Positions 1-14,941 of a stretch of 64,000 bases of DNA are shown here, piece by piece. Each line of letters starts with the position of its first letter. Position 1 is the stretch's first letter. The notes below the pieces were generated by a model. It was not told where the DNA came from. It was given only the letters and a program-made list of their open reading frames with translations, and searched no databases. The DNA is from Podarcis melisellensis (Eukaryota), in assembly GCA_964234715.1 (NCBI GenBank), contig OZ174277.1; one strand, written 5' to 3'. Position numbers and translations under genes: made by a program.

Positions 1-3000
1 CTCATTGTAGGACTTGTACCGTGATACTCATATCTGTATGCATGACTGAGATGGTGCAGTTTTGAAATAAAGTGCAGGTATAGCTGTGGATTGGTATGGA
101 TATGCCACTTCCCACACTCTTGTTTGTGGGTGTAGCAAGTATTCTGTTAGGCCTGTTTAACACAATGCTTTTAGCTTAAGCGAACTACTAGATGTGGCTG
201 CTGGAAGCATTTTATATTGAGGAGCCTTCAAAATGATAAACAGCAGAAGGCTGCTGTAGTATGAGGTGTCACTGGACCATTTCCATGCACAGACGCTGCA
301 GTATTCTAGGGATGGGAAGCAGGAACCTATCATGGGGACCTCTAAAATGAAGAACCAGATACATACTACAAGCTGCCACGTGTTTTAATCTGGTTTTAGC
401 TTTTTAGTCATTTTAATTGCTTTTGAACATTTCAAATACTTGTTTTAACTATTTTTTCTGATAATTTTGTTGTCTTATTTTTTTTATAAACCACTTTGAG
501 GTTTTATTATAATCAGGCAGTATATAAATGCTGTTGAAATAAACAAGAACAAAAATAATAAATAACATACTTCAAATCCTTTTAAGCAGTTTTCACCCAA
601 GAGACCATTCCTTCCCTTTGAAAATCTTCCTTTGTATGAAATACATGTGGAATAAAATGGAAAGCATATAGTTTTTGTAGAAAAAATATACTAGAGCAAA
701 AACTATGATCCAGGAGGTTTCTATATTTTTAAACTAATACAACTTGTCATTTATATAGCAATAGCAGACGCAGTATATCAACAATGCGTATAACAGGTGT
801 GCAAAGTATTCTCCTGTTGCAGAGGGGGTTTAGTGGACTAAGGTTTCGAAAATAGTGGCTTGACAGAAGCCACATACTGAGTTGATAACTAAAATGACAT
901 TTCAACCAGGGTTTCCCAGATTATGCTGAAAATTTAGCCACTGTTCCACACCACCTCTCAAACTACTGTAGCAACATATTATCACTACATTTGAGGCTTC
1001 ATATGGAGCAGACTGAAGTGATAGACTACTAAGGTGGTATAATAGATTATGCCATTTCAGACTTCAGGTGGCAGATAACACTGTTAATGTTTGTTGATAG
1101 AAACCTACTACAAATAAAAAACCAGCACAGCTGCAAATAGAATGGCTATTCATGCACCACCCCAAAAGACAAAAATGCATCACTAGAAAATCAGCACAAA
1201 GGGGGACACAAAGGTGCATAAAATTCACATCTGCTAATTTCTGTATAGATATAAATTCAGAAATAATTACTGTAATTTAAATAGTAATATAATACATCTC
1301 ATAATAATGGAAAAGGCTTCAGCCAGCTATCCTGTGTGCCTGCTCAGTCTGCTGTTTAGGTGTTAGCTGTGGATGAACAACTGTAAGGCCCCATTTAATT
1401 CATCTGTGTGTGCAGACCAGGCTACTGTTTAGGAATAGTTATTTATACTTGCCACATGCCAGCATAATGACAAAATTGGTAGGCGGTTTCTAACTTTCAG
1501 CTGCATTATCTACATTATGCTAATACTATTTGTTGCTAACATAGAAGACCTTTGGCTGACTTACTTTGTTAGCTGCTAACTTGGCAACTGATTATTTTCA
1601 GTAAACTGCCAGAGATTTTACAAATTCTTCTTGATGTTTATTAATCTCTTATTTTTGATGCTCTTTTTTGAAGAGCTCTCAAACATTCACAACTGTAATG
1701 CAGTAAATGGCAATTTCTGTATTTCTTTTAGCTCAGGGGTATCGGGAACTTAGAAGCTTAGTGATAAATCTAGATTAAACAACATGCATATGTATCAGTT
1801 TCATGTTAACTCTACTATAACAGCCAGCCTTTTATGAGCAAAAATGTAGCACTGAAAACAGTCTTTGAGCAAGTTTGGTTTGCCTTTTTTTTTAAGCATC
1901 AAAGTATGTCCTATGAATTCATAGCTTTCAACTTCTCAACTACTGTAAGTCTAATGTAACTTACAGCGCATTGCTGCTAAAGCATATAAAAAGCGATCAA
2001 ACAGAAAAGGGCAAATAACTGAAACTGCAGATCTCTGAATGGAAAAGTCAAATTCAGTAGCAACAGATCCTGCTGTTTTAAAGCAACATTGACCAAAATA
2101 TAGTTTACTTTCAAGGAAGACAACTTGTGTAAATCTATATCATAAAATTAATATATTATCAGAATTTTTTCCATGGCCACCTGGTCATGGCCAGGTCTGC
2201 TTCACCTTTATACCTTGCATGTTGATTGCATTATCTGGGCTTGACAAGGCATGTTACCCACACCTACTCACTGAGCTAGCAGGCTCCACCTGGGCTGTAA
2301 ACGGAATGTAATTAGAGTAAAGGAAATGTGTGTGTGTGTGTTCTATCACACAGGAACACACCCATGTGTCATGTCCAGTACTTGCCTTAGACTAGTGAAT
2401 TCCTAGAAAGAATCAAGACACCTTGAGTCAGACAGTGGTCGTTGGGCCCAATCTGTACTGAATGCCTCAGCATGAGCTGGTGACCTTTTTGTCTTGGGCT
2501 CTGATCTTCATGATGTATATAAGGTAATTTTTTTTTACAAATCTGCCCTAAATGAGAGTTCATGTAGTAGTGAAAAATACCCATACCGCTGTATACCTAG
2601 CAGAAATCTGAGTGAGGCATGTGAGCATGAGAGCATCTTGACATCTGCCCAGACTGTGTATATGTGGTGGACATAGGGAACATATGGTTGTGGTGGGCTA
2701 TGCCCAGTCTGCATGGCGTAGCTCACAGCATGCATAGAAACCTGGATAGCACTTCCTTGTGTCATCATTGCAGCAAGATTGTGAATGAAATCTGCCTGCC
2801 CAGGAGCATCTAGTGTACAGCAAAATTATTTAGATTTTGGTTAGTTGGGTTGCTGTACTAATGTGCCAGAACCCTCAGATTTTGAGAAGCAACTCAAGAT
2901 GTAATAAAATGTTAGGTGTGCCGATAGATGGCTGTAAAGATTTGGAAGTTGGGCCTATTTTGAGCCACAGGCTTGCAGTGGGCATTGGAAAGTTAGCTTC

Positions 3001-4439
3001 ACATCAGCACAACTCTGAAACATATTGGCAGCTTTCATGAGAAGATTCAAAGGGGACTTGTGTTCTCAGGTTTTCCACAGAAACAGCAAGAGTACTCATG
3101 TTGCTTCAATTACTTTGGCAGTACTTTACAGGCAATGTACAGTAAATGTTGGAAGTCTCCACTACTAAATTCAAGTCCAACTACTTATCAAAGTACTTAT
3201 ACCTGGCAGGAGCCTCAGCTGGACTGTAAGCTGGCCATCCTAAAATCACTCACAGTTCTATTGGTTACAAAAACTATTTAGGATTTGGACCACTGAAATC
3301 AATGGGTCTGCTATTCATGAAATGTTTATAAGTTTAGCTTTTAGAGTCTGACACCAGAAAGTTGTCAACACTTTAGTGTGAATAAATGAGCACATTTCCT
3401 AAATGCTTTCCTGGAGCTTGGCTTCAGTGCATTTTGTTCTTTCTCTAGAAAAATAGACCACTAGAAAAGCAACATGGGAAGAAAAGGGACTAAAGTTTGT
3501 AGTTCAGTAGTAGGAATAGTTGGAACCTGGGGCTGTCTGACCTAATTAGCATTGAAACCATGAGTGTCTTTGTTGCTGCTGCTGCTGCTGCTAAGACAGT
3601 GCCAAGAACCAGGAACATATAGAACATTGCTAGGTTAGGTAAATCTGCCCCCGTGAGGTCATGTCAGCTGCTACCAGGTGAGATGCAGCAGTAAACCTCT
3701 GGAGTGGGGTGTGATACTTGCTTAGAGAAGATACTGCATTGAAATCCCAACTCATACAGTGGGAATTGTGAATCTAAGTAGTATGAGATTGTGAGGAAAC
3801 ATGAGTATTTGATATTGTTGGCATAGGATTGTATATCAGAGTTCTGTGACCTTGTAAATACATGATACTGGTTCAGAAGAAGTATATTTTGACAATATTT
3901 GGCTCTGGTTGCTACTATCAAGATTCACTGTTCAAACCATCTGTGTGTTTTAGTTTAAAGTGTGCCATATATTTTCAGTTATTCAACTTTAAACGAGAGC
4001 AATAGAAAGAGGGCCTTTGTTACAGCTATCCTAAGTCTTGATTTGAAATAGTAGCTGCTAGTTGGCGGCAGCTTTAGCTCTGAGAAGCAGATTTATTAAA
4101 GACAATGCATTGGAATACTCAAAAAGGAAAAAAACCAAAAACTTTACTCCATAGTTTATCCTGTACTAACTACTAGAGCAACAGATACTGCCATGAATAC
4201 TGAGACTATGAGTAGGGACAGAATACATATTTGTGTCTTCTTAAACTGACTTGTCGTAGTTAAGGGAGAGGTTATTTTTCCTTGTTAAATAGTATAGCCA
4301 GATTATTTTCTAGATCACTTTTTGAAAGAGGGACGAGCAAGACTTATTGCGGACAGCTTATTGCTGATGCAACAGCTCCATGATATACCTACAGATTTAG
4401 CCTGTTAGTTCCACGCTCCTCGTGGGACAGCCCCCTTAT

Positions 4440-4585
4440 CAGTGCTTTTCTACTAGAAAAACAGGGTTCTGGTACTCACCATGAAATTATTCAAGTAAGT
4501 GCCACACTTTTAACCAGTGCTTATCTTTTAGAAAAACAAGGTGCTGATACTGTGTACCCTTGAGTACCCCTAGAATAAAGCCCAG
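4440..4585. mobile_element. Short hAT-like MITE related to 35656
   Basis: The cagtgctt...tagaaaaac..ggt motif occurs twice, and the element ends in aataaagcccag. Confidence 0.45.
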
Positions 4586-6091
4586 CTCCTTGCGCTGCGT
4601 GAACAGGAATTCCCCAAGTCTTACTGCATTCTAGCCCTTGCAGTGGCTTCAGAAATGAAGGGCAGGTCATTGCATGTTAGCCTGGTACCCAACATGGCAG
4701 TTTTGCTAAGTTGTGGAGAAGGTAGGTTGAAGGTTTGCACCTGCACCTTGCTCTCTGCTGCCATGGGAATATTTATTGGTAGCCTGAGGGCAGCACTGAT
4801 ACACAACTTGCCCAGTTGCAGTCTGGATGATGAAAATGACCCCTTGCTATTTTTCTGAAAGGCAGAGTGTATCACTGCAATGGGAAGAGATTGTCGCCAG
4901 CTTGTTCATGAAGTTGCAAGTGATGTTTGAAATAGCTATAATGCATCCATACTTGCTGATGGTTAGGCTTCAATAACAGTAAAAATGCCAGAACAGAAAA
5001 TGCATTGGCTTCTTGGAATGTTCTTTGCCTGAACATTAGCTCAGTTTTGACTTTAGCTCAGTTTTGACGTGAGCAGATAAATGCTTGTGTTGTGTTTTTT
5101 TTAATGCTATGGGTACTGCACATATTGGGATCTGTAAATTATAAGGTATGATTTGACATCCGCAACTCAAAGCCAGCCGTTATGCTGAAGAAAGAACATA
5201 ATATGTACTCTGTAATTGGCATCTTCATTTTTTCCTTCCTCTATCACTATTTGAAAGGCGTTTCTGATCTACAAAATTTGACTTTATAATTTTGTGAATT
5301 TAACTTTTACTTCATCATCTAAGAATGGCAGAAAATGATCCCACACATTACGCTTTCAGTAATTTTGCCTTTATAGGTTAATATATGTATGTATCTATAT
5401 TCTAATCTTGTTCATTCTCATGCTACAGGCATATCTACTGTACAAACGTGTATCAGTTTTTTACTTTCAAAACTTCTCACAAAGAATCTTGGGAATTGTA
5501 GTTTGATGAGGTGCTGAGAATTCTTATTAGAGATCAATCACTCCCCATAATTCTCTGGAAGGATGTGACTATAAACCAGTTAGGCAAAGCAATCCTACTT
5601 GGACAGGGGAGGAAGAGTTAAAGGCGGACAATCTGCCCAATCCAAACCTCTGTTTAGTTTGTGCTGGCAGGGCAGAAGGAGGGTGTGGAGAGGCAATTTT
5701 CCTTTATTCAAAATCCCCCCTCCATTGGTTGCAGTGCCCAAGGGCTCACCCCAGGGCTGGCATACTTTTCTTCCAGTGCTCTGAAACATCTTCTTTCTAC
5801 TGTTGTAACATTGATATCTAAGGAGGGGCAGCCACGGAGGCTTCTGTTGCTGCAAGAAGGAAGCCTTTGTGGATGGTCCTCTTGCTCTTCCCACAGAATT
5901 CCTTCTCTATCCATGAAAAAGGAGAGCCACAAAATTCTATGACCGCTGGGACAACTTCCCTAGGACCATAGAATTGTGCCCTTAATTTCCAGTTTAGAGA
6001 TGCCAATACAGTCTTCATTTTTGGATTAGAAACACTCAAATGATAACTTGTCTGATATTCTTACCTTATTGGTTTTTATTTTATTTTTTAA

Positions 6092-6199
<108 letters not shown>

Positions 6200-8025
6200 T
6201 AACTGATTTTATTTGTGTATTTTACATTGTTGAATGCTTCTGAACTTCATGGTACTCAAGGAGGACTAATTAAGAAGAGATGACACGTTTCCCTTTTTTG
6301 CAGTTCTTAAAAACTTTATAAAATGCAGTTCAAGTTCATATATTTATAATGATGAGCTGCCATAAGTTTACTCATGCAGAATGGCAAAAAGTTGGTGGAG
6401 GAAGACATAGCTATTCTTACTATACTGTATAAAACACTTAATTTACATTGAAGAAAACCAGAATGAGATGAGGCATTCATTTCTGATGAATTCCATTGCC
6501 ACAGCGCTGTAGAACATAGGGATCTGTCATTATGTGAAATGGCCAGACCCTGTGCGCTACACAACCAAATAAGGATCATTTCACATGTTGCCAAGTTCCT
6601 GGAAGGCACTATTCTGTAGGGATTTGTGGGAAAACCATACGTAAATCACACGGAGAGATGGTTGTGCATGTTGAGCTTTCCACTGCGTAGAATCAGGGTG
6701 GACCTGCTTTAGGGAATTCATGACTGATGAGAGCTTTGCTCACATGTACACACGAATAAATGAATGAATAAATAAATAAATAAACAAATTTCAATCATTA
6801 CATGTTGCAGGTTCCCTACAAACTACACAGAAGGCTTGTATAGAGCTTTAAAAAAACCAAACATATTATGCATATTTAAGTCTATAGGTGAAGGATTGCT
6901 GTTCCAATGCTATAAAACAATCCTGAACAGCACACAGTTTCAGCAGCTGGAATCAATATTAGAGTTGTGCCATACCCTGGCCCAGACATTTCAGGTATTA
7001 CTTTGCTCCCCGCCCTCCACCCCAAGAGAGGCAGTTGTTGTTCTAGCTCCTTTTCCGGGGACGGAGGGAGTCAGAAATTTATGTGAGTGATGAGGTTTAG
7101 TACTTAATAACATTACAAGGTGTGTTCTTCCTTGCTAACTTAAAACAAAAAACAAAACAAAACAAAGTCCTTGCCTGGTATTGCAGCTACCCTTGGTTCC
7201 TAGAATATGATTTGACACCCCCATGTATAAGACAACCCCCTTTTTTGGGGGGACTCCGATTTAAGAAAATTGTGGGAGATGGCCCCAGGACAGCGGCTTA
7301 GAGACAATAAATAACAATAATATAATAGAACATCACAAATACAGCACAAATCATATATGATTTAAATCAGGGAATGCCTGTGGAAGGACATTACATCATG
7401 AACTCCTCATGAGCATTCCTTTTAACTTAATTGTAATAATAATTGTGCTTCTCTCAGGAATTCCACAAGCAGACTTCCTGGCTGCCTACGCTTTGACATC
7501 CTCCCATGGATATTCCAGAAAGTGCAGGCAACCAAGGAGGCTTCCGAGTGCCACACAAGGACTGTTTTTTAAAAAGTTAACAAGGAAAAATATACTGTTG
7601 ATTTGTGTTCATAGACTGATAAAGATGAAAAGAGACATAAAAGCCATTTTGCAGAACTGTTGCCTTCCTCTCACTTTGAGACAGGATTAGTAATTTCCAT
7701 CCTCAACATATTATAGTATGCCTTAAGTATTGAGTGATCTAGACGAATGCTGCCCATAGCACAAAGGGCATGTTTAGTTAAAAACCAGATGGCTCAATCA
7801 AGCATGCTCCATGGAACATAAAAAGTAAAATAAAATTGCTCATGAGTAGAAATCTTATGATCTTTGGCCTGGAATTCTTAGCACATAGTTCATGCTTAAC
7901 TGAGAGGGTTCAAAAATTTTTAGACAGAAGACCTAAGCTTTACTATGGTTCCACACTGTGGCATTTACTTTGCAGTGGGAAGTAACATCAAAAATTGATC
8001 ACAGTTTCAGTTTCCAATTTTTAAG

Positions 8026-8123
8026 TATACAATATCTCATTTATTATATGTATTCTTTCATAAAAGCACAAAAATATACAATATCTCATTTATTATATCT
8101 ATTCTTTCATAAAAGGACAAAAA
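8026..8123. repeat. Tandem duplication, 2 x 49 bp
   Basis: tatacaatatctcatttattatat(g/c)tattctttcataaaag(c/g)acaaaaa occurs twice with 2 mismatches. Confidence 0.9.
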
Positions 8124-9320
8124 TGCAGAGTTATTTTAAGCAGGACTGCATAAAATGTAACTATCATATTTTTAACAAAGTTTCTCTGTTTTACTTCCCT
8201 TGAATCAAGGCCAAAGTATACATTATATGCAGCCATGTGTATCTTTTCTCCAGCATTTTCTTCTTTTAAACAGAAAGCCTCCTGGATGAAAAACAGGGGT
8301 TTTCTTTGAAGGGGGGGGGGAGTGGGCAAGTGACCAGAAGAAAAAGGGTTAAGAAGCCTCTCCCATTATGTCCCTCCATGGAGAAACTCACAGTCTTAGA
8401 GGCTGGTTTCTGGATTCCAACCCCCCCCCCCCCATTATTATTATTAAAGAAAATGTTGTATAAAAATACATGTGGCTGTGTATAACATGTACTTTGTCCT
8501 TCAGCTGAAATAAGACACACACACACCTACTCTCGTACCCTTTTCTTAAATGCGTACTATTCATTGAGACTATATTATAGCTTTAATGTTGTTACTCTTT
8601 GACACCAATCAGATCTGAAATTTTTACATCTGTTTAGGTGTTCAAAATTTAGTTGTGCTGACATTCTATGCATATAACATGTGCAAAATCATTTTTCCTT
8701 AACTTTTATGGGCTCTGATGATCAAAGTGCTGGTTTCCATTCTTTGCAGCAGATCATGTGACATAGGCTTGGCTGCAGATTTAAGTCAAAATAATTAAAT
8801 TAGTTGATCTAAATGATGCGACTTCTTATGCAAACCATGAGTAAGGGACACTCTGTGCTGGTTGAGCTGTACAACCATAGTCTATAGTAGATCCAACTTC
8901 ACTGTAGTACCACTTTACCTATCCTACATAACCCCACAAGCCTCATTTCTACAGCAAAAGTTGCCAGTATCCCTTCTTCATGAACCTTTCAGTGATACCT
9001 GGCTCCTAGGCTTGATAGCTTAGTACTACTTAGCTAAGCAACTCATTTTGGATGTTGCACACTTGATTTCTTGCATGCCTTTTTTAGTCAACACTATCAT
9101 TCTTTACCTATTCCTAGTTCTAATGCCATGTTTTGACTTTGGTTAAACCCAAAAGGCACAGGTAAAAATCAAATTTCAAGTGTCAGTGCAAATCCCATGT
9201 AAAAGTAATCTTAGGGTATGATCTGTTCACAGGCTCTGGATGTGAGCTTGCAGAGAATTATCAAAAGTGCAGATTTCTAGGAGAGTTGGGTCATATTTTT
9301 TTCTTGTTAGAAGGTTGCAA

Positions 9321-9409
9321 TAAGTAAGTAAGTAAGCAAGCAAGCAAGTAAAGAAGGAAGGAAGGAAGGAAGGAAGGAAGGAAGGAAGGAAGGAAGGAAG
9401 GAAGGAAGG
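9321..9409. repeat. Compound microsatellite (TAAG)n(CAAG)n(GAAG)n
   Basis: Read directly from the sequence. Confidence 0.95.
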
Positions 9410-11226
9410 TTGGTTCCATTGCAGGGGAGTGTTTGAATATTTGATTCTCATTAGATGAACAGGTTATTCACCCTTACTTTGCAGCATTCTTCCTCAAAGA
9501 TAACCGAATTTCTGAAACTTTGCATCTTTCTCCACTGTGCTCTCAAACTGCTGTTTGAATCTCAACTTTGAATTCTTTTCTTCTTTTTGATTAAGGACAA
9601 GACTATTCTATAGGCACATAATTTAAATAGAAAAGGTACAGATTTTGGAATGGTGGCTTTGTTTAACATTTCATTAGAATTATTACAGGACTTGCCATTA
9701 ATTTATTCATTTGGCACAGTCTTTTACTTCAGCAAGGGAATGTATTGGCAAAAAATCAGCTAACGTGACTCTTACTGGAAATTGTGAAGGAGTGGTTGGG
9801 CCGCACAGCACTTTCAAAAGCAATATTTAAATACTATTAAATTCTAGAGTTCTCTGTTTAATCAGATCTTGGGGCCATTCTGTATTCATGGTTACCATAA
9901 GCCCCATGGACTGATTTTTATCCAAGGAAATTATCCTGCAAGTTACTCCTTTGATTATAATCACCATGTTGGAAGAGCCAATTCTCTTGCCTACTTGCAA
10001 ACCTAGCCATCATGAATATGGTGAGACTTCATGAATGGGATGGAATTATTAAACAGTAGACATTCAAGGTTCTAAAGCAGATCTAAATAAGTTTGGTTTC
10101 ATATGTACTAGGAGTTGTAAATATACCTCTGTCCATTTCATCTTACCTGGTGAAGTTGACTTTTGATTCAGGCTGTAACTACACAGATTACACAGTCAAT
10201 CCCACAGGACTGTGTTTTTCCTATTTCAGCAAAGTATTTGCTGTGTGAAATTGGTGTGGTAAAATCACCTCATGACAACAATTTTGCCAGATTAGGTTGG
10301 AGGACATTCTGTTGTGAGGATGATGCCTTCTGTGGGACTTGATAGCCTTTCTCATGGTAGTCCAGGAGAAGAATTTATCATGCCCTTCAGATCCACCCTG
10401 CCTATGGCTGTGTTTGATTGTCCCCCCCTCTCATTAAAATCCCTTTATCTAAGCCCTTTCTAATGATCTGTTAGTGTCCCCCCCCCCCACTCCTTCCATC
10501 CTCTGCTGTATGTCTCTCTGTGTTGGGATATCTGGGTTTTTCTCTCTGTCTCCCTTCCCTTGCCACTGTGATTTTTCATGCATGGCTGTTGTCCCTGTGG
10601 CTTCCTTCTTCAGCTTTATACTGGCCAATCTCAGATGGTGCTAGGCATTAGCTAGTATTGTCAGTGGTGGCATGAATACCGCCCCCCACCCAGTCCTTGG
10701 GTTTCTTCCACACTGAGGGGGTATTTTCCCAAAAAACTCCAGGGGGAAGAAGGTGTAATCCTCTTTCATTATTACACTATATCAGTTTGGGCTGATGATT
10801 CAACACAAGTAGTGCTGTCTGTGACAAAAATGTTTGACATTTGTTTTTCATTGCAGCAGCTGTAATATGTCACATTATTATTACTGACTCTCAGGACTAG
10901 GTTTTTCATTTGTGCTCCCTGCTTCTCTCAAAATTATTTGCTGTGTTAGTCTTTATGCATCCTTTAGCAACCAAGCAAGACATTTATCATAAATGAATGA
11001 CAAGGAACATACATGGCAATTTAGAAAATGGCTAGCACAGCAAAATATATATACACAGAACATCCCCAAGCTGTGCATTATGGGATGAACAAGCCAAGCA
11101 GTTGTGCAATATTTTGTCTTTGACAAATTTAGCTGCCTAGTGTGCTTTCCAGCTAGAGGTTTTTTTTTAAGTGCAAGCAGATAAGTAGCCATTGACGTGT
11201 CTAAACAACGGGTGCATTTACACTTA

Positions 11227-11348
11227 AAGGTAAAGGTAAAGGTACCCCTGCCCGTACGGGCCAGTCTTGACAGACTCTGGGGTTGTGCGCCCATCTCACT
11301 TAAGAGGCCAGGGGCCAGCGCTGTCCGGAGACACTTCCGGGTCACATG
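11227..11348 (-). mobile_element. Sauria SINE, 5'-truncated, young subfamily
   Basis: (AAAGGT)n tail on the + strand. Nearly identical to the 3' part of the copies at 39081 and 46392. 13-bp TSD gcatttacactta at 11214-11226 and 11349-11361. Confidence 0.92.
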
Positions 11349-11920
11349 GCATTTACACTTAGAGAGTACTAATTGCAGATGACACAGTATGGGGGTTCAT
11401 GTGCATTGAATAGTTGTATGGAACAGGGGTGGGCAGTCTTCAAGTTTATGTTTCAATTTTTTAAAACTAGAACCCCAAGGTTAATGTTATGGAACCAGGT
11501 GCCAAAAGAGTGGCTCAGAGGTGTATATTATACCCTCCAAGTGTCCTGTTTTAAGTGGGACATTGCAGATTGACAGAAGCCTCCCAGGCTTCTGATCCGA
11601 ATCTGGGATGTGTGCCAGAGCATGGGACCAAAAGACAAGCAATTATTGGTTCTGTGCTATGGCAAGAATCTATGGGCTCACACCAGAGTGTGGGACCAAA
11701 AACAGGAAACAACTTAGGTTGACCTTGCCACTCTTCCTCCTTTGCGGTGCCAAAGGAGGAGTCTGTGTCATCCCCTAAGCTGTGCCAGTTGGTGCAGCGT
11801 CTCCTGAGGCAACAGAGACTGCAGAGGAGGAGGAGGCTAGTGGACAAAGGTAGGAGGGGGGAGGGAGGGGGCAAGTGGGTGAGCAATGAGGTCAGCGGGA
11901 TGGAGGTATGGTATGTGTAA

Positions 11921-12010
11921 TAGATTATTTGAATCATTGAATTGTACAGTTGGAAGGGACATTGAGGATCATCTAGTCAAGTCCCCTGCAATGCAAGAAT
12001 ATGCAGCTGT
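11921..12010 (-). mobile_element. CR1 LINE 3' end fragment
   Basis: gaatcattgaattgtacagttggaagggac...atcatctagtcaagtccc resembles an antisense CR1 terminus. Confidence 0.6.
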
Positions 12011-12985
12011 CCCAGGATCAAGCTTGGACCTTGGGGATCAAGCTTGCAACCTTGGCACCATACATGGTTAGGATGACCTGTGTACATATTCAGCCCAGAA
12101 ACTGAGTGTTCAGTTTCACATACAAATTATAGTTTGTCCCCTGTTTTCTTTATTCCAGTGGCTTAATTTAGGGAGAAACAATGCTCTTTTTCTTCTTGCT
12201 GTGGTTAAGCAAGTGAGAAGCCCTTTGGTGATATATTGCAAATCACTCAGAGATCTGCTTGTGGGTTTTGACTGATGTTCTGCCTGCCCTGGGTGAAGAA
12301 GAGGGAATTGGGGGCAGGAGGATGAAGAAAACTATTACAGGTTCTTGGGAAGATGGAATAAAAGATTGGTTTAAATTAAGTTACCAGGCAGCCTTCGCAG
12401 TGATGCAGAGTCTTTCTTCTAATAGGTCAGATAATTACTTGGCTGAGAAAAGGATAGCTTGATTTCTGAACTGCAAGAGTTAATTAATTATTTGACTGAT
12501 TTATTCCCTAGCTGTGCTTGGCATCTGTAATATTCATGACACTTTTTAGAAAATCCACACATCGTTCCCAGCTTCTGCATTTATAATCACTGTGATTTAT
12601 GCACAACTGTAAAGTAGATTAGATTGGAAACACTGGAAAATGAACTGTAGTCATCATCATGCCTGCTACACTATATATACTTGGGTAACTGACACTTCAT
12701 TTGACATCCACTCTGAAGCCAGCTCTAAGTTAAGTCTATAAAAAGCCCACATACTGTCTTTAGCGATTGTGTTTCATAAATAAAGCTTCCTGGTTCCTTA
12801 ATATGAAGTTGTTTAAATTGAAAGAGCACTAAATTTTTAAGGCTCTAGTCCTGAACATGCTTACTAGGGAGTAAATTCCATTGAACTCAGTAGTTCCATT
12901 GAACTTACTTGGAGTAAACATACATAGGAATCCACCAAATACTAGAATTGCGTATGACTGGTGCCCACATAGCACAGTACTGTTA

Positions 12986-13034
12986 AGAAATTAAGTATGG
13001 ACCTAGTTACAGAAATTAAGTATGGACCTAGTTA
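12986..13034. repeat. Tandem duplication, 2 x 24 bp (period 25)
   Basis: agaaattaagtatggacctagtta occurs twice exactly. Confidence 0.9.
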
Positions 13035-13647
13035 ACTGTCAGAACTTGAAATCAGAATTTGAGGTGGGTTTGCAAACTCTGGTTAATATGGAACCTAGTT
13101 AGCACTGTCCATGGTGGAGGTTTAATGCTACACAATGCTGCAGGTAGACTAGTAAATTAAGAGAGAATTCAAAGTACACAGCAAACACAGGAGCACTCAA
13201 TCCCATATACTGCTCCCAGGAGCTTGCCATTTTAAGACGGGCAGTATAATTCTTGCTTCATTTTTTTTTAAATGTTGTCTTTTCTCAGCATTTTCACTAG
13301 TGGCTGCCCCATGCTTTGTCTATGTGAAATTATTGTGTGTGAACATGAGAACTGAAAGGTGAAGTGGTTCAGTTATATTTTTATTAAAAGCAAATTTGGG
13401 TTAAAGAAAGGTTTGTTCAGACTGGGGGCAGGGGAAGCAAATTTGGGCTCCGTGACACTGATGCAGAGGTCCTATGTTTCTTCCTTCATAATACCAATAG
13501 TTCCATTCAGCAGTTAGAACAATATTGGTGCCTATTATTTAACTGATCTTACCAGAGGGAAATTATGGCTTTGTCTCCTACACAGTATAGTGTATCATCC
13601 CCTACACGAAAGCAAAGTATTGCATTAAGTTTTTTAAAAGGAACTTA

Positions 13648-13986
13648 CTGTGGGTTAAACTACAGAGCCCAGGACTTGCCGATCAGACTTGCCAGTTCAA
13701 ATCCCCACGACGGGGTGAGCTCCCGTTGCTCGGTCCCTGCTCCTGCCAACCTAGCAGTTCGAAAGCACCTCAAAGTGCAAGTAGATAAATAGGTACTGCT
13801 CTGGCGGGAAGGTAAACGGCGTTTCCGCGCGTTGCTCTGGTTCGCCAGAAGCGGCTTAGTCATGCTGGCCACATGACCCGGAAGCTGTATGCCAGCTCCC
13901 TCGGCCAATAAAGCGAGATGAAAGCCGCAACCCCAGAGTTGGCCACGACTGGACCTAATGGTCAGGGGTCCCTTTACCTTTACCTT
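13648..13986 (+). mobile_element. Sauria SINE, near full length, second subfamily
   Basis: tRNA-like head (gttcaaatcc B box), conserved core gcaagtagataaataggtac and ggaaggtaaacggcgtttcc, and an (ACCTTT)n tail. Confidence 0.92.
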
Positions 13987-14713
13987 TTAAAGTTAGTATA
14001 TTTTGGTAATAACAACAGAAATCTCACTTAACTGCCTGTACTTGTTTTATCACTGATGGATAACTTCAAAGTTAGTAAAGCAAGTTAGTAGCCTTTCCCT
14101 ATTGCCAGTTTTATCATACTTTGAGCAGCAACTGGAAAAACGAGTAAATATATATAGGGTTTGATCTATACAGATTTTAATAAGAAAGCAAGTTAAGAAA
14201 TTAAGAGTAGCGGACATATGGAAATACTTCGCAAAGCAAATCCATCTGGAAAAACCAAAATATTCTTTTTAGAAACGAATTGAAGAGTCCTATACAATTT
14301 AAACTGCTTCTTTACATTATAATTGCTGTGTCTGTGATCATAACATTCCTTTTTTTTGTCTAAGTCAGTTATAATAACTTGCATAAGAAAACTGCCAAAG
14401 CTCATTCTTTATTACTTATATTCTGAAAAATAAAGTTGTAATTCCATTATTTTAAAGGCTTTAAAAAAAAATTATACAATGCAATTTGTATGAAAGCTAC
14501 AATTTGAAAAAAGAAAGAGATACTGACAAATTCAGTTGTTTCTTTGGGCTGCTTTCACCCTCAACAACTTCTCTTTAAGTCCTGATGTGGAAAATTTACA
14601 AGGATCCCTGCCCACTGCTCATCTTCCACCAACAATAAATTACACCTTGTGACCCAGCACTTGCAACTCCCCTCCCACAGCATCCCAGTTCATACTTTGA
14701 GAAGAACCTAGGC

Positions 14714-14941
14714 CAGGGGTCACCAGCCTTTTTAGATCCACGGGCACATTTGCGAACTGCAGAAAGGGTCATGGGCACCATATAAACAATGCAATCTAGC
14801 ACACACTGCAACCTATTCTATTGGCTACAAAACAATGCGTCTTTCAAGCCAAATTTCATCAGGAGAAGGAAAGCTTGCAAGTGTTAGGGAAGGCCTCTGC
14901 GGGTGCAGGTGTGCCTGCAGGCATTGTGTTGGCAACCCCTG
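14714..14941. mobile_element. hAT-type MITE (older)
   Basis: TIRs caggggtcaccagc / gttggcaacccctg. 8-bp TSD acctaggc / acctcagc (6 of 8 match). Confidence 0.7.

Noticed and set aside
2837-3040. GIGKLA peptide resembling ME1 exon 5 (PVGKLALY)
   Set aside because: There is no TDGERILGLGD or LDVGT context and no fitting splice sites. Exon 5 lies upstream of the window.
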